Positions 1 to 7,911 of a stretch of DNA of 60,382 bases are shown in pieces. The stretch's first letter is position 1; each line of letters opens with the position of its first letter. Both the position numbers and the translations under genes were made by a program. The stretch comes from a virus. Lineage: Duplodnaviria > Caudoviricetes. The notes under the pieces are model-generated. The model was not told the DNA's origin, searched no databases, and was given only the letters and a program-made list of their open reading frames with translations. The stretch spans positions 1 through 60,382 of the IMG/VR virus record IMGVR_UViG_3300037761_000410. One strand, 5' to 3'.

Positions 1-215
1 GGGGTGGTCGGGGCCCCGGGGGGGGCGGGGGGGGCCCCCTAGGGTTAGATGGAGCCGTCCAAGAGGTACAGGACTGCCCATCCAAGGGCATCCGTAGCCG
101 ACCAGACCATCGTGGCCATCCATGCGATAAGGTCCATCGCGGTCCATACTCCCATCTTATGTCCAATTTGGACATAGCGCCCACCGTGGGTGCTCGATCC
201 CACGATGGGCTTCGC

Positions 216-446
216 TCACGCTTCCAGGCGCTCGATCACTCCCGAAACGCCACGCAAGCGACCATCTCGCCACACAATGGCCGAATCAGGACCATCCGCG
301 TCTCGCACCTCTTCCAGGTGATCCCTGGCGATCGCCAAGGCGTCGGCTCGCCCACGGGCGTACGCCTCTGCCTCCATCCGGGCCAGGGCAGCCAGGATGT
401 CCGGATGGTCGGTGATGTCGAACTTGGAAGCTTTGCGATGAAACAT
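216..446 (-). CDS. Small early hypothetical protein
   Basis: 76-aa ORF with GGGAG RBS, downstream of hairpin element 488-535. Confidence 0.6.
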   Translation of the reverse strand: MFHRKASKFDITDHPDILAALARMEAEAYARGRADALAIARDHLEEVRDADGPDSAIVWRDGRLRGVSGVIERLEA

Positions 447-487
447 GACGATCTCCCATCGTCTCGTGCCGTTCGGTCAGGCCGAAC

Positions 488-535
488 GGTCAAGGCAGTG
501 CCCGGACCGGTGAGGGTCCGGGCACCACCTTGATC
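488..535 (-). repeat. Intergenic hairpin repeat family A, copy 1
   Basis: GTGCCCGGACC/GGTCCGGGCAC stem with outer GGTCAAGG/CCTTGATC stem; near-identical to 851-899. Confidence 0.85.
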
Positions 536-547
536 GGATTCTGACTC

Positions 548-814
548 TCAGCTCCCGTAGTAGCTACGGATGCGGTCGATGCAGGCCTGCCAGCCCTCCG
601 CCCAAGCGGCGTTCTCCAGCTCGTCAGTCTCGGCGTCGTACGCGTTGTCGTCGTCGTCGCCTTCGAGGTCACTGATGATCTCGTCAGCGGCTTCCGCCAT
701 CGTGCGTAGGTCGTCTTCGACCTTCGAGTAGAGTCCGTCGACCTTGTCCTTCAGGCTGTCGGCCAGGTCTACCGCTTCGCGCAGTTCGTCCAGGATGCCT
801 TGTTTGTCAGACAT
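548..814 (-). CDS. Small acidic early protein (MSDKQGILDEL...)
   Basis: ATG at 814 after AGGAAGGAG RBS; very Asp/Glu-rich helical 88 aa. Confidence 0.7.
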   Translation of the reverse strand: MSDKQGILDELREAVDLADSLKDKVDGLYSKVEDDLRTMAEAADEIISDLEGDDDDNAYDAETDELENAAWAEGWQACIDRIRSYYGS

Positions 815-850
815 GTCGATCTCCTTCCTGTCCGCCCCGATGGTCGGGGC

Positions 851-899
851 GGTCAAGGCGCGCGCCCGGACCGGTGAGGGTCCGGGCGCCACCTTGATC
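851..899 (-). repeat. Intergenic hairpin repeat family A, copy 2
   Basis: Same GCCCGGACC-loop-GGTCCGGGC stem-loop as 488-535. Confidence 0.85.
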
Positions 900-1033
900 A
901 GGGTGCGCAGTCCGCGTGTCCCCAGAAGGTCGCGGTGTCGATCCACTCGTCGTCTTCCTGGGGAGCCGCCCCGCACCGCTCGCACGGTGGGAGGGGCGCG
1001 TTCCAGTCGTACATGATCAGGCTCCTCTCTGCC

Positions 1034-1152
1034 TACCTCAATCCTACCACGAGGGAGGGCCAGGGCGACCCATCTGGACTGTCGGGTAGCCGACACACCG
1101 TTCCTCGTGGAACACCGGGTCCCATGCCCTCCCCTGTGGTAGGATTGAGGTA
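1034..1152. promoter_or_regulatory. Divergent promoter pair (GTGG-TAGGAT, extended -10-like)
   Basis: Perfect 17-bp inverted repeat 1034-1050/1136-1152 containing TAGGAT, each preceded by CCCTCCC; lies at the switch between leftward and rightward genes. Confidence 0.6.
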
Positions 1153-1193
1153 CGGCCCGACCACTGCGGTAGGGCCAGATGGGAGTACGCACC

Positions 1194-1436
1194 ATGGTCA
1201 TCGACACGATCGCCGGCGAGGGTTACGGCGCGCTCCGTGGCACCCCGACCCTGGCGGAGCTGATCCCGACCACGTACCTCGGCACCCGTGCCGGACGGCT
1301 CACCCTGGAGACAGGGTTGACCGGCCAGCCGGACGGCCAGCCGCTCGGTGACGAGCGGTGCGTGTACCTCGGTCGGGACGCCCTGCGAGAGCTGATCGTC
1401 GCCGCGGCGCTCTGCCTGGCCGAGATCGACCGCTAA
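1194..1436 (+). CDS. Hypothetical early protein
   Basis: ATG with GGGAG RBS; high-GC codon bias. Confidence 0.6.
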   Translation: MVIDTIAGEGYGALRGTPTLAELIPTTYLGTRAGRLTLETGLTGQPDGQPLGDERCVYLGRDALRELIVAAALCLAEIDR

Positions 1437-1450
1437 CCGCGAACCGTACA

Positions 1451-1480
1451 GCCTGCCAGCGGGTCGAACCGCTGGCAGGC
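1451..1480 (+). repeat. Intergenic hairpin repeat family B, copy 1
   Basis: GCCTGCCAGCGG-GTCGAA-CCGCTGGCAGGC, identical to 1896-1925. Confidence 0.9.
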
Positions 1481-1520
1481 ACGAGCCATTCGAACGAATG
1501 GCACAGAAAGGGGCAAAGCA

Positions 1521-1889
1521 ATGAAAACGGGAAAAGTGCGGCCGGTCGGGGCGGACTGGCTCCTAAGTGAGATCGTCATGAGTAATGATGGCGATGTATG
1601 GGGAACGGCCATGGAGTGGCTGTTCGCCGTGTGCCACGTGCTGTGGCACCACACGGCCGAAGAGATACCGGCCGAATGGGACTACCACCACCCGGACGTG
1701 GCACCCGAGTTCTGCGCACCGTCCGCCGACGGACGGAGCGACCTCCATGCCGAGCGCACGATCATGGAACGCTGGCCGAGTCTCTCGGTCGACAACCCCG
1801 ATCGTGGCCCGGCAGTGACGCTCCTCTATGTCGGACGGGTCCTTGATCGATACGCGACGTGGTGCCGGCTCGCCGGCCGGGATTACTGA
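1521..1889 (+). CDS. Hypothetical early protein
   Basis: 122-aa ORF with GAAAGGGG RBS. Confidence 0.65.
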   Translation: MKTGKVRPVGADWLLSEIVMSNDGDVWGTAMEWLFAVCHVLWHHTAEEIPAEWDYHHPDVAPEFCAPSADGRSDLHAERTIMERWPSLSVDNPDRGPAVTLLYVGRVLDRYATWCRLAGRDY

Positions 1890-1895
1890 GCAAAG

Positions 1896-1925
1896 GCCTG
1901 CCAGCGGGTCGAACCGCTGGCAGGC
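1896..1925 (+). repeat. Intergenic hairpin repeat family B, copy 2
   Basis: Identical to 1451-1480. Confidence 0.9.
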
Positions 1926-1966
1926 ACGAACTGTCCAAATTGGGCAGTACAGGAAGGATGACTGAA

Positions 1967-2062
1967 ATGAATGATCCTACATTCGCGGTGATCATTGTAA
2001 TGGCGATCACTGTGCTCGGCCTGCTGACCTCTCTCGGTCAGGGGTCAGCCAAGCGTAAGTAG
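1967..2062 (+). CDS. Small single-pass membrane peptide
   Basis: AGGAAGG RBS; hydrophobic FAVIIVMAITVLGLL, basic tail. Confidence 0.45.
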   Translation: MNDPTFAVIIVMAITVLGLLTSLGQGSAKRK

Positions 2063-2152
2063 ACCTTCCGGCCCGGTTGGGGATCGAGCACCCCAATCGG
2101 GCGCAATGCCCGACCCATCCCGGATCGGGCAGAGAGAGAGGATGGCATGTAA

Positions 2153-2347
2153 ATGTCACGAAACCGGAAGCTTGACCGGTACCGCGTGTTCGTCCGCGCG
2201 GCACGCGCCTGGCAGGCGGGCTACCCGCACCAGGCGTGGGAGATCGTCGAACGTGCTGGTCTCGGCCAGCACTGGCCGCGCCTCATGGCAGCACTCCTGG
2301 CCGACGCCAGGGGCCACTACGAGACGACCATGGGACGCTTCGTCTGA
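2153..2347 (+). CDS. Hypothetical early protein
   Basis: 64-aa ORF behind hairpin/purine-rich leader. Confidence 0.55.
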   Translation: MSRNRKLDRYRVFVRAARAWQAGYPHQAWEIVERAGLGQHWPRLMAALLADARGHYETTMGRFV

Positions 2348-2450
2348 GCGGTCCGCGGCGAGTCCGCCAGGGTCACCTCGACCCTGGCGGGTTCCCTGTC
2401 GACCGACGACGGGAGAAAGGTGGCGAAAGCCATGGAAGGCGACACAAGCC

Positions 2451-2657
2451 ATGGAAGGCGACACAAGCCGCAGATGTGTCTACTGCGACCTACCGATCAC
2501 ATTGGTCGATGGGACGTGGGTGGTCATGGGCAGCGGCACGACCGGAGACGGCCTGAGCTACTGCCCGCCCGACCCCGACCGCGAACCGGTCGGAGACCAC
2601 CACCCCATGGACCCATTCATAGGGTGGTCGGAGAGGGTAGGCCCAGGCGGTAGGTAG
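2451..2657 (+). CDS. Small Cys/His protein (CxxC...C...H)
   Basis: MEGDTSRRCVYCDLP...; start lies in a 19-bp tandem duplication. Confidence 0.5.
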   Translation: MEGDTSRRCVYCDLPITLVDGTWVVMGSGTTGDGLSYCPPDPDREPVGDHHPMDPFIGWSERVGPGGR

Positions 2658-2742
2658 GTCGGTCGAGTGAGCATGGTGGCCAGGAGCGATCCTGGCCACC
2701 GTGCCCTGTCGATCGACGACGGGAGAAACGGAGCAAAGAGAC

Positions 2743-3099
2743 ATGAATGCCGTAGAACAGGTAAAGGCGTACAATGCGTACGAACTGGCCCAAAAGGCCG
2801 ATCGCCTTGTACCGGACCGTGATGGTCCGGGCGCCCGGTTTCTCGATTCCGTGCGCGACCAGGTCCTGACCTCTTTCCACCAGAATGAGATGACCGATGA
2901 CGCTCTGTCCGAGATAGCAGACAGAGTATCAGATGTCTATACTTATCTCCGTTGGCAGGAATTCATCGATTTGGGCGCATGGGAGGAAGAGTCCGAGTCG
3001 CCGCTTACCGGCAGTATGACCGACATGGCAGGGATTGTCCTCTACCAGATCGCGTACCGCCTCGCGTGCGTCCTACGCGACGAGCTACAGCAGGCCTGA
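2743..3099 (+). CDS. Ocr-like (T7 gp0.3-type) acidic DNA-mimic antirestriction protein
   Basis: Acidic 118 aa; DDALSEIADRVSDVYTY..W..F and ..MAGIVLYQIA..L resemble the Ocr core; early-region location. Confidence 0.55.
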   Translation: MNAVEQVKAYNAYELAQKADRLVPDRDGPGARFLDSVRDQVLTSFHQNEMTDDALSEIADRVSDVYTYLRWQEFIDLGAWEEESESPLTGSMTDMAGIVLYQIAYRLACVLRDELQQA

Positions 3100-3176
3100 C
3101 CCACCGCTCACGGTGGCGCCCGGACCATCACGGTCCGGGCGCTGCCGTGCCCGATGGACGGGCAGGAAGAAAGGGG
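3100..3176 (+). repeat. Intergenic hairpin repeat family A, copy 3 (with RBS)
   Basis: ~75-bp element nearly identical to 3480-3555. Confidence 0.9.
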
Positions 3177-3184
3177 TAAATGTC

Positions 3185-3478
3185 ATGGAACGGCAGATAT
3201 TGGTATCATCCGCCATGGGTCTGGACTTCACCACAGATTTGGTGCAGATCTACCACGACAGCTGGAGAGGTACAAACCGTACGTGTCGCTACCGCGGCGA
3301 CTGCCGAGCATGCGATCGACGTACCTACGCCTTCGACGACGGACAGAACGACCCCCGCGGGCCGTTGGGCGACCACGCCTACTGGCCGGTGGAGAACGCT
3401 ACCGGTGTCAAGGTGACCGCATGCGCGGTGTGCGCCAACGACTACGACGCGTACACCTACCTCTACAAGTTCCGCTGA
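3185..3478 (+). CDS. Hypothetical Zn-binding protein (two CxxC)
   Basis: CRAC and CAVC motifs; RBS supplied by the repeat. Confidence 0.6.
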   Translation: MERQILVSSAMGLDFTTDLVQIYHDSWRGTNRTCRYRGDCRACDRRTYAFDDGQNDPRGPLGDHAYWPVENATGVKVTACAVCANDYDAYTYLYKFR

Positions 3479-3479
3479 G

Positions 3480-3555
3480 CCACCGCTCACGGTGGCGCCC
3501 GGACCACCGCGGTCCGGGCGCTGCCGTGCCCGATGGACGGGCAGGAAGAAAGGGG
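3480..3555 (+). repeat. Intergenic hairpin repeat family A, copy 4 (with RBS)
   Basis: Differs from 3100-3176 essentially only in the loop. Confidence 0.9.
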
Positions 3556-3563
3556 ATATTTCA

Positions 3564-3743
3564 ATGGATCCTGACACAACTCTCGCGATCCTGCGTAAAG
3601 GGTGCGAGATGGTCAGCCGGATGGAAGAGGATGACGTCGATCCGGTCCTGGCGGACATGGTGGAGGCCTTCGAGTCGCTCGATGAGTGGCTGTCGAAGGG
3701 CGGCTTCGTGCCAAGAGATTGGTCAGCCGGTTGGTTTGGGTAA
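3564..3743 (+). CDS. Small actinophage protein (MDP..TL...LDEWLSKGGF.P.DW type)
   Basis: Motif I recognise from small actinophage proteins; GAAAGGGG RBS. Confidence 0.65.
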   Translation: MDPDTTLAILRKGCEMVSRMEEDDVDPVLADMVEAFESLDEWLSKGGFVPRDWSAGWFG

Positions 3744-3766
3744 GCCCCCACCACCCAACCCCCTCT

Positions 3767-3803
3767 TGCCCCCTACACCCCCCCAACCAGGGTGTAGGGG
3801 GCA
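3767..3803 (+). terminator. Hairpin ending early cassette
   Basis: TGCCCCCTACACCC/GGGTGTAGGGGGCA stem followed by TTT. Confidence 0.45.
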
Positions 3804-4128
3804 TTTCCATACCCACCCCCATGAACCCGACATACCACCCAAACCCCCCCAACCCCCCCAAGCCCATGCCAGCCATGCCCTCTCCCCACCCAGCCCCCGC
3901 CACCACCACCCCACGGCCCACCCACCCACCACCCAGGAAACCGATCAAGTACATCGATCGGGGTACGTGCAGCCCTCCAGGAGTCCACCCCAAGAACACC
4001 TCTCTATGACTCCTTTTCGATGTAATGGTTGTCGATGGTCTGGGTCACGTGGCCAGGGGGTGTGGTCATGACCCGGGGGGTGCCCGCAAGTCCTGTGCAT
4101 GTTGATATGCATCTTTGATACTGGGGGG

Positions 4129-4494
4129 GTGACCAGTCTCGTCCCCTACGACGCCCCCCGCCTCGACGAGGAGGCCATCGCCGAGCACGCCCCGGTCGTG
4201 CGGGCCGAGGTGTTCCGGCGGCTGGAGTCCCTCTGGACCGCCCTCAAGCCCCACATCGACGGGTCCCCCGACGAGGACGGCATCGTCCGCAGGCCCGACC
4301 CGCGGCTGGTCGACAGCGGCATCAGGATCTTGAGCCAGCTGCAGAAGCTGTACCGCCTCGACAGTCCCGGCAAGGCCGCCGACGAGGCCGGGGAGGCCGT
4401 CCCTGGGGAGGTCCTGGCCCAGGTGTGCCGCGCCCTGGCGGACCTGGAGGCCCGGACTGTGCCGGTGGCAGGGCCAGAGGTCGCTGGCGGCTAG
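4129..4494 (+). CDS. Possible terminase small subunit-like helical protein
   Basis: RLESLW...D.RLVD..IRIL....KLYRLDSP resembles the actinophage TerS-like ..RRAKLLGLDAP motif. Confidence 0.35.
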   Translation: MTSLVPYDAPRLDEEAIAEHAPVVRAEVFRRLESLWTALKPHIDGSPDEDGIVRRPDPRLVDSGIRILSQLQKLYRLDSPGKAADEAGEAVPGEVLAQVCRALADLEARTVPVAGPEVAGG

Positions 4495-4757
4495 CTGTCG
4501 AGGTCGCTGGGCAGCGGGTCGCCGAGCTGGAGGTAGAAGGTGTTGGTCTTCTTGGCGTAGCGGGTGCGCAGCCGGCATTCGTACACCCGGCGGGCCATCC
4601 GGTGGGCCATGGCCTGGAGGGTGGCCACGGGCACGGTGAAGTCTTCGCCGGGGGTGAGCTTCCAGAGGGACCCGTCGAGCCAGGACGACCACGGGTATAG
4701 GTAGCCGTCTCCGTTCCAGGCGACGTCGGGGGGTAGTTCGGTGATCCTTTCGGCCAT
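4491..4757 (-). CDS. Hypothetical protein (YPW..W.DG..W.L..GEDF motif)
   Basis: 88-aa ORF; TATCCT 7 nt before ATG (leaderless). Confidence 0.65.
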   Translation of the reverse strand: MAERITELPPDVAWNGDGYLYPWSSWLDGSLWKLTPGEDFTVPVATLQAMAHRMARRVYECRLRTRYAKKTNTFYLQLGDPLPSDLDS

Positions 4758-5137
4758 GGCGGAAAGGATATCAGGCCAGGTTCGTGATCAACCCTATTAT
4801 AACAATAGAGAGAAAGAGAGCCATTGCCCTAATGGAGACAAAGAGAGTTAGAGAAAGAGTCAAGGGGAAGTTGATCTCTGTGAGCGCGAAAGTTCCAGGT
4901 CTTCCCTATCTTTCTCTTTTTCTATTAGGGTGTGGGGAAGTGGAGAGTAATCAGGGGTAGGGAGGGCACAGGGTGGATACGGACATCCGGGCATATATAG
5001 GGCGCACATCGGGTGGTGGATCATGGGATCGCAGAATCGTAGAGGAGTACCCCCGGGCAAAGGTAGAAAGAGGAAAAGAGAAAAGGGCTTCGGGGTAGGG
5101 GGTTGATTGTTGGTATAGGGAGGGGTAGGGTGTGGGT

Positions 5138-5497
5138 ATGAGCCGATGGTGGAAGTTGCCCGAAGAGCTTGGGTCGGGAGTGTTCAGGGAGACGGGCAGG
5201 TTCCAGAGCCTCATCGACCTGAAGGTGCCCGGGCGGGAGGGGCACATGGTCGTCCCGTCCGGCTGGCTGACCGAGGCGGAGGAGCCGGCGCCGAAGGTGG
5301 CGGTGGTGCCGCCGGAGCCGGGAGCGGGGTCGGTGGTGGTGGACCGGGACGGGGACGCCTGGCAGCGGAATGCGGTGCGGCCTAACTCCAGGGACAGCTG
5401 GAACATGGCCGGTGATGAAGCGAACTGGACCTGGCCCGATCTCAACGAATTCTTCGGTCCGCTGAAGGTGGTCTACGAGGCGGAGGAGCGAGGGTGA
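5138..5497 (+). CDS. Hypothetical protein with EPG.GSVV.DRDG.AWQR module
   Basis: Leaderless start after TAGGGT; paralogous to 59899-60382. Confidence 0.7.
   Translation: MSRWWKLPEELGSGVFRETGRFQSLIDLKVPGREGHMVVPSGWLTEAEEPAPKVAVVPPEPGAGSVVVDRDGDAWQRNAVRPNSRDSWNMAGDEANWTWPDLNEFFGPLKVVYEAEERG
5281..5377 (+). repeat. 97-bp exact inverted repeat with window end (60286-60382)
   Basis: Direct base-by-base comparison. Confidence 0.95.
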
Positions 5498-6054
5498 ACG
5501 GCAAGGACGTCGCCAAGCGGCCGGCCGCCGAGGCGGCGGTGCGGCTGCCTGGGCACGAGATCGGCCAGCTGATCGAGAAGGCCCGCGGGGAAGGTCCGTA
5601 CTCGTCCCGCGAGCTGGCCCACGAGATCCTGGACCGCCTCCGCCGGGAAGACCCCCGGCTGCTCCAGCAGTGGCTGGAGGTCCAGGCCGAAGACCTGCTG
5701 TGGTACACGATCAACAAAATGGACCGGGCCGACCGGGGGTACGCCCGGCGCACCTCGGCCCGGTCGGTGTTCGCCCAGGCCGCCGGCGCCGCCAGCGAGC
5801 CGGAGCGGCGCCAGGCACTCACGTCCTGGCTCACTACCCGGCACGTGACCGCCGAGGGCCTACGGGTGGAGCTGGGGGCCATGCGCAAGGCGGACCTGAC
5901 GTACGTGGCCAGGACCTATCAGGACCGGGCCAACTCGAACCTGCTTCAGGTGGAGTTCATGAACGCGCTCGCCCGTCGGGTCGGCCGGGGCACGGTGGCC
6001 GACCATTTCGACGAGGAGACTTTGACCAAGCTCTGGCTTTCCTGCCTCGAATGA
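5494..6054 (+). CDS. Helical hypothetical protein directly upstream of the array (candidate accessory subunit)
   Basis: 186 aa, GTGA overlap with previous gene; stop is 12 nt before first CGAC anchor. Confidence 0.75.
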   Translation: MNGKDVAKRPAAEAAVRLPGHEIGQLIEKARGEGPYSSRELAHEILDRLRREDPRLLQQWLEVQAEDLLWYTINKMDRADRGYARRTSARSVFAQAAGAASEPERRQALTSWLTTRHVTAEGLRVELGAMRKADLTYVARTYQDRANSNLLQVEFMNALARRVGRGTVADHFDEETLTKLWLSCLE

Positions 6055-6061
6055 ACCATGA

Positions 6062-7886
6062 CAAATCGACTAGCCTCTCCATGCCGTGCCAAATCGACAA
6101 GCCCGTTCAGGCCATGCCCCTACCGACGCCCCGATCACGGCCGCGCCCTTCCGTATCGACTGGCCTTCCCGCCCTGGTCTCCCCGTGTCGACTGGCCGTT
6201 CCGCCTCACCTCCAACCCATTCATGTCGACCACTCGTTTCAGCCCCATCCCGCACCGACATATCCTTCCCAGCCGTCCCACTTCATGTCGACTTGCCCTG
6301 CCACGCCATCCCCCATCGACTTACCAGGTCCAGCCCGTGTCGTATCGACGAGCCGCACCGTCTCGGCCCGAGTCGTACCCGACTATTCACGCCATACCAT
6401 CCCGTCCCACGTCGACTTTCCGTTTCAGTCCGTACCCCTACCGACTATCCGTTTCGCTCCAGTTCGCATCGACTACTCCTGTCACGCCATCCCGTATCGA
6501 CTGGCCATTCCCCGTCAACCCCTGCCTATTTCGACTGTTCGATCCATTACAAGCCTATTCCGACTTTCCAGCTCAGGCCTGACCCTTACCGACTTTCCAG
6601 TTCGCTCCGTCCCTCGCCGACGCGCCCACCCTGCCCAACCCCGAACCGACCATCCGGCCCAGTACTCACCGCTACCCTCCGCGGCCGACAGACCCCGTCC
6701 ACTCAGTCCTCATCGACAAGCCAGCCCATTCCTGTCCTTACCGACGTCCCATCTCACGCCCTGCCCCTCCCGACGATCCACTCCGCTCCTATCCATATCG
6801 ACTTCCCGTGCCAGCACAGGCCTTCTCCGACAATCCACTCCACCCCTCCCCAACCCACACCGACCTCCCTTGCCGGCCCCGCCCTTATCGACAAGCCGAC
6901 CCGTCTCGACCCATTCCGACAAACCTATTCCAACCCGCTCACCCCCCATGCCGACTACCCTTGCCATTCCTGCCCTCGCCGACGAATCGACCTGCCTTGC
7001 CATCCCGTCCCGACAACACAGTGCAGGCCGGTACGCAACCGACCGTCCGAGCCTTCCCCGCCCCTTCCGACGACCCGTCTCTTCTCATCTCTCATCGACT
7101 TCCCGTGCCACCTCAGTGCCGATCCGACGAGCCGTCCCGTCCCATCTCCAGCCCGACTTACCTTGCCGTTCCGCGCCCAGTCGACAGTCCAGGCCTGTCC
7201 CTCCCGCTCCCCTTCGACTTCCCGTGCCCCTCCCTCCCATTCCGACCAACCGCCCCGCTGCATCCCTTTGCCGACGTGCCACCACATCCCAACCCGTCCC
7301 GGTCCGACAACCCCATTTCTTTCGATACCTTCCATCTCCGACATTCCGTGCCCGACCCTCCCATGCCATATCGACGCTCCGACTTCTCATCCCGTGCCAG
7401 CCCATGTCCGACAAGCCATCCCATGCCCTGTCATCCCGTTCCGATCCGACAAGCCGATCCGCCGCGCCATGTCGACTAATCACTACCTCCCGGCCCTTTT
7501 CGACCTTTCGGACCGCCTCCTCCCGAGCCACTCCGACTTCTCATGCCTGTCTTGACCGGCCCTTATCGACAAGCCGACCCGTCTCGGTCCGTGCCGACGT
7601 TCCAGTACAGCCCTTCTCATCCCTGTTCGACTTCTCAAGCCAAGCCCTCCCACTCCGCTTCGACTAGCCCATTCCGTGCCATCCCGTCCCACTCCGACGA
7701 GCCAGGTCAGCTCAGCCCAATCCGCCTCAATCTGACAAGCCACACCGGTTCCGGCCTATTCCGACTAACCAATACCGTCCCTCCCCACTCCGACGAGCCC
7801 GCCCCATTCCTTTCGATACCTTCCATCTTCGACTAACCACCACCGGCCCGACCCGCTCCGACGAACCACCCCTACCCCGCCCAAAT
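6062..7886. ncRNA. Non-coding array of ~59 YCGAC-anchored units made of 5-nt NNNCC modules (putative guide-RNA array)
   Basis: CGAC recurs every 28-29/33-34/38-39 nt; e.g. CGAC-tagCC-tctCC-atgCC-gtgCC-aaat; strong C/G strand skew; no credible ORF; abuts RAMP gene. RNA function is inferred. Confidence 0.75.
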
Positions 7887-7911
7887 CAATTCCCAGACAA
7901 AGGAAATCATC

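Noticed and set aside
5670-7836. Long Pro/Ser/Arg-rich ORFs (665, 489, 223 aa) across the array
   Set aside because: By-products of a stop-poor C-rich repeat; 5-nt periodicity and mixed unit lengths do not preserve frame; no codon bias
7868-7885. Minus-strand promoter GGGCGGGGTAGGGG for the array
   Set aside because: Lacks the final T of the -10 and parses equally well as the last array unit; the transcribed strand remains unknown
6062-7886. Canonical CRISPR array or TIGR array
   Set aside because: Only a 4-5 nt anchor is conserved, with no long repeat; the partner looks RAMP-like rather than Nop-domain, and unit length is not constant
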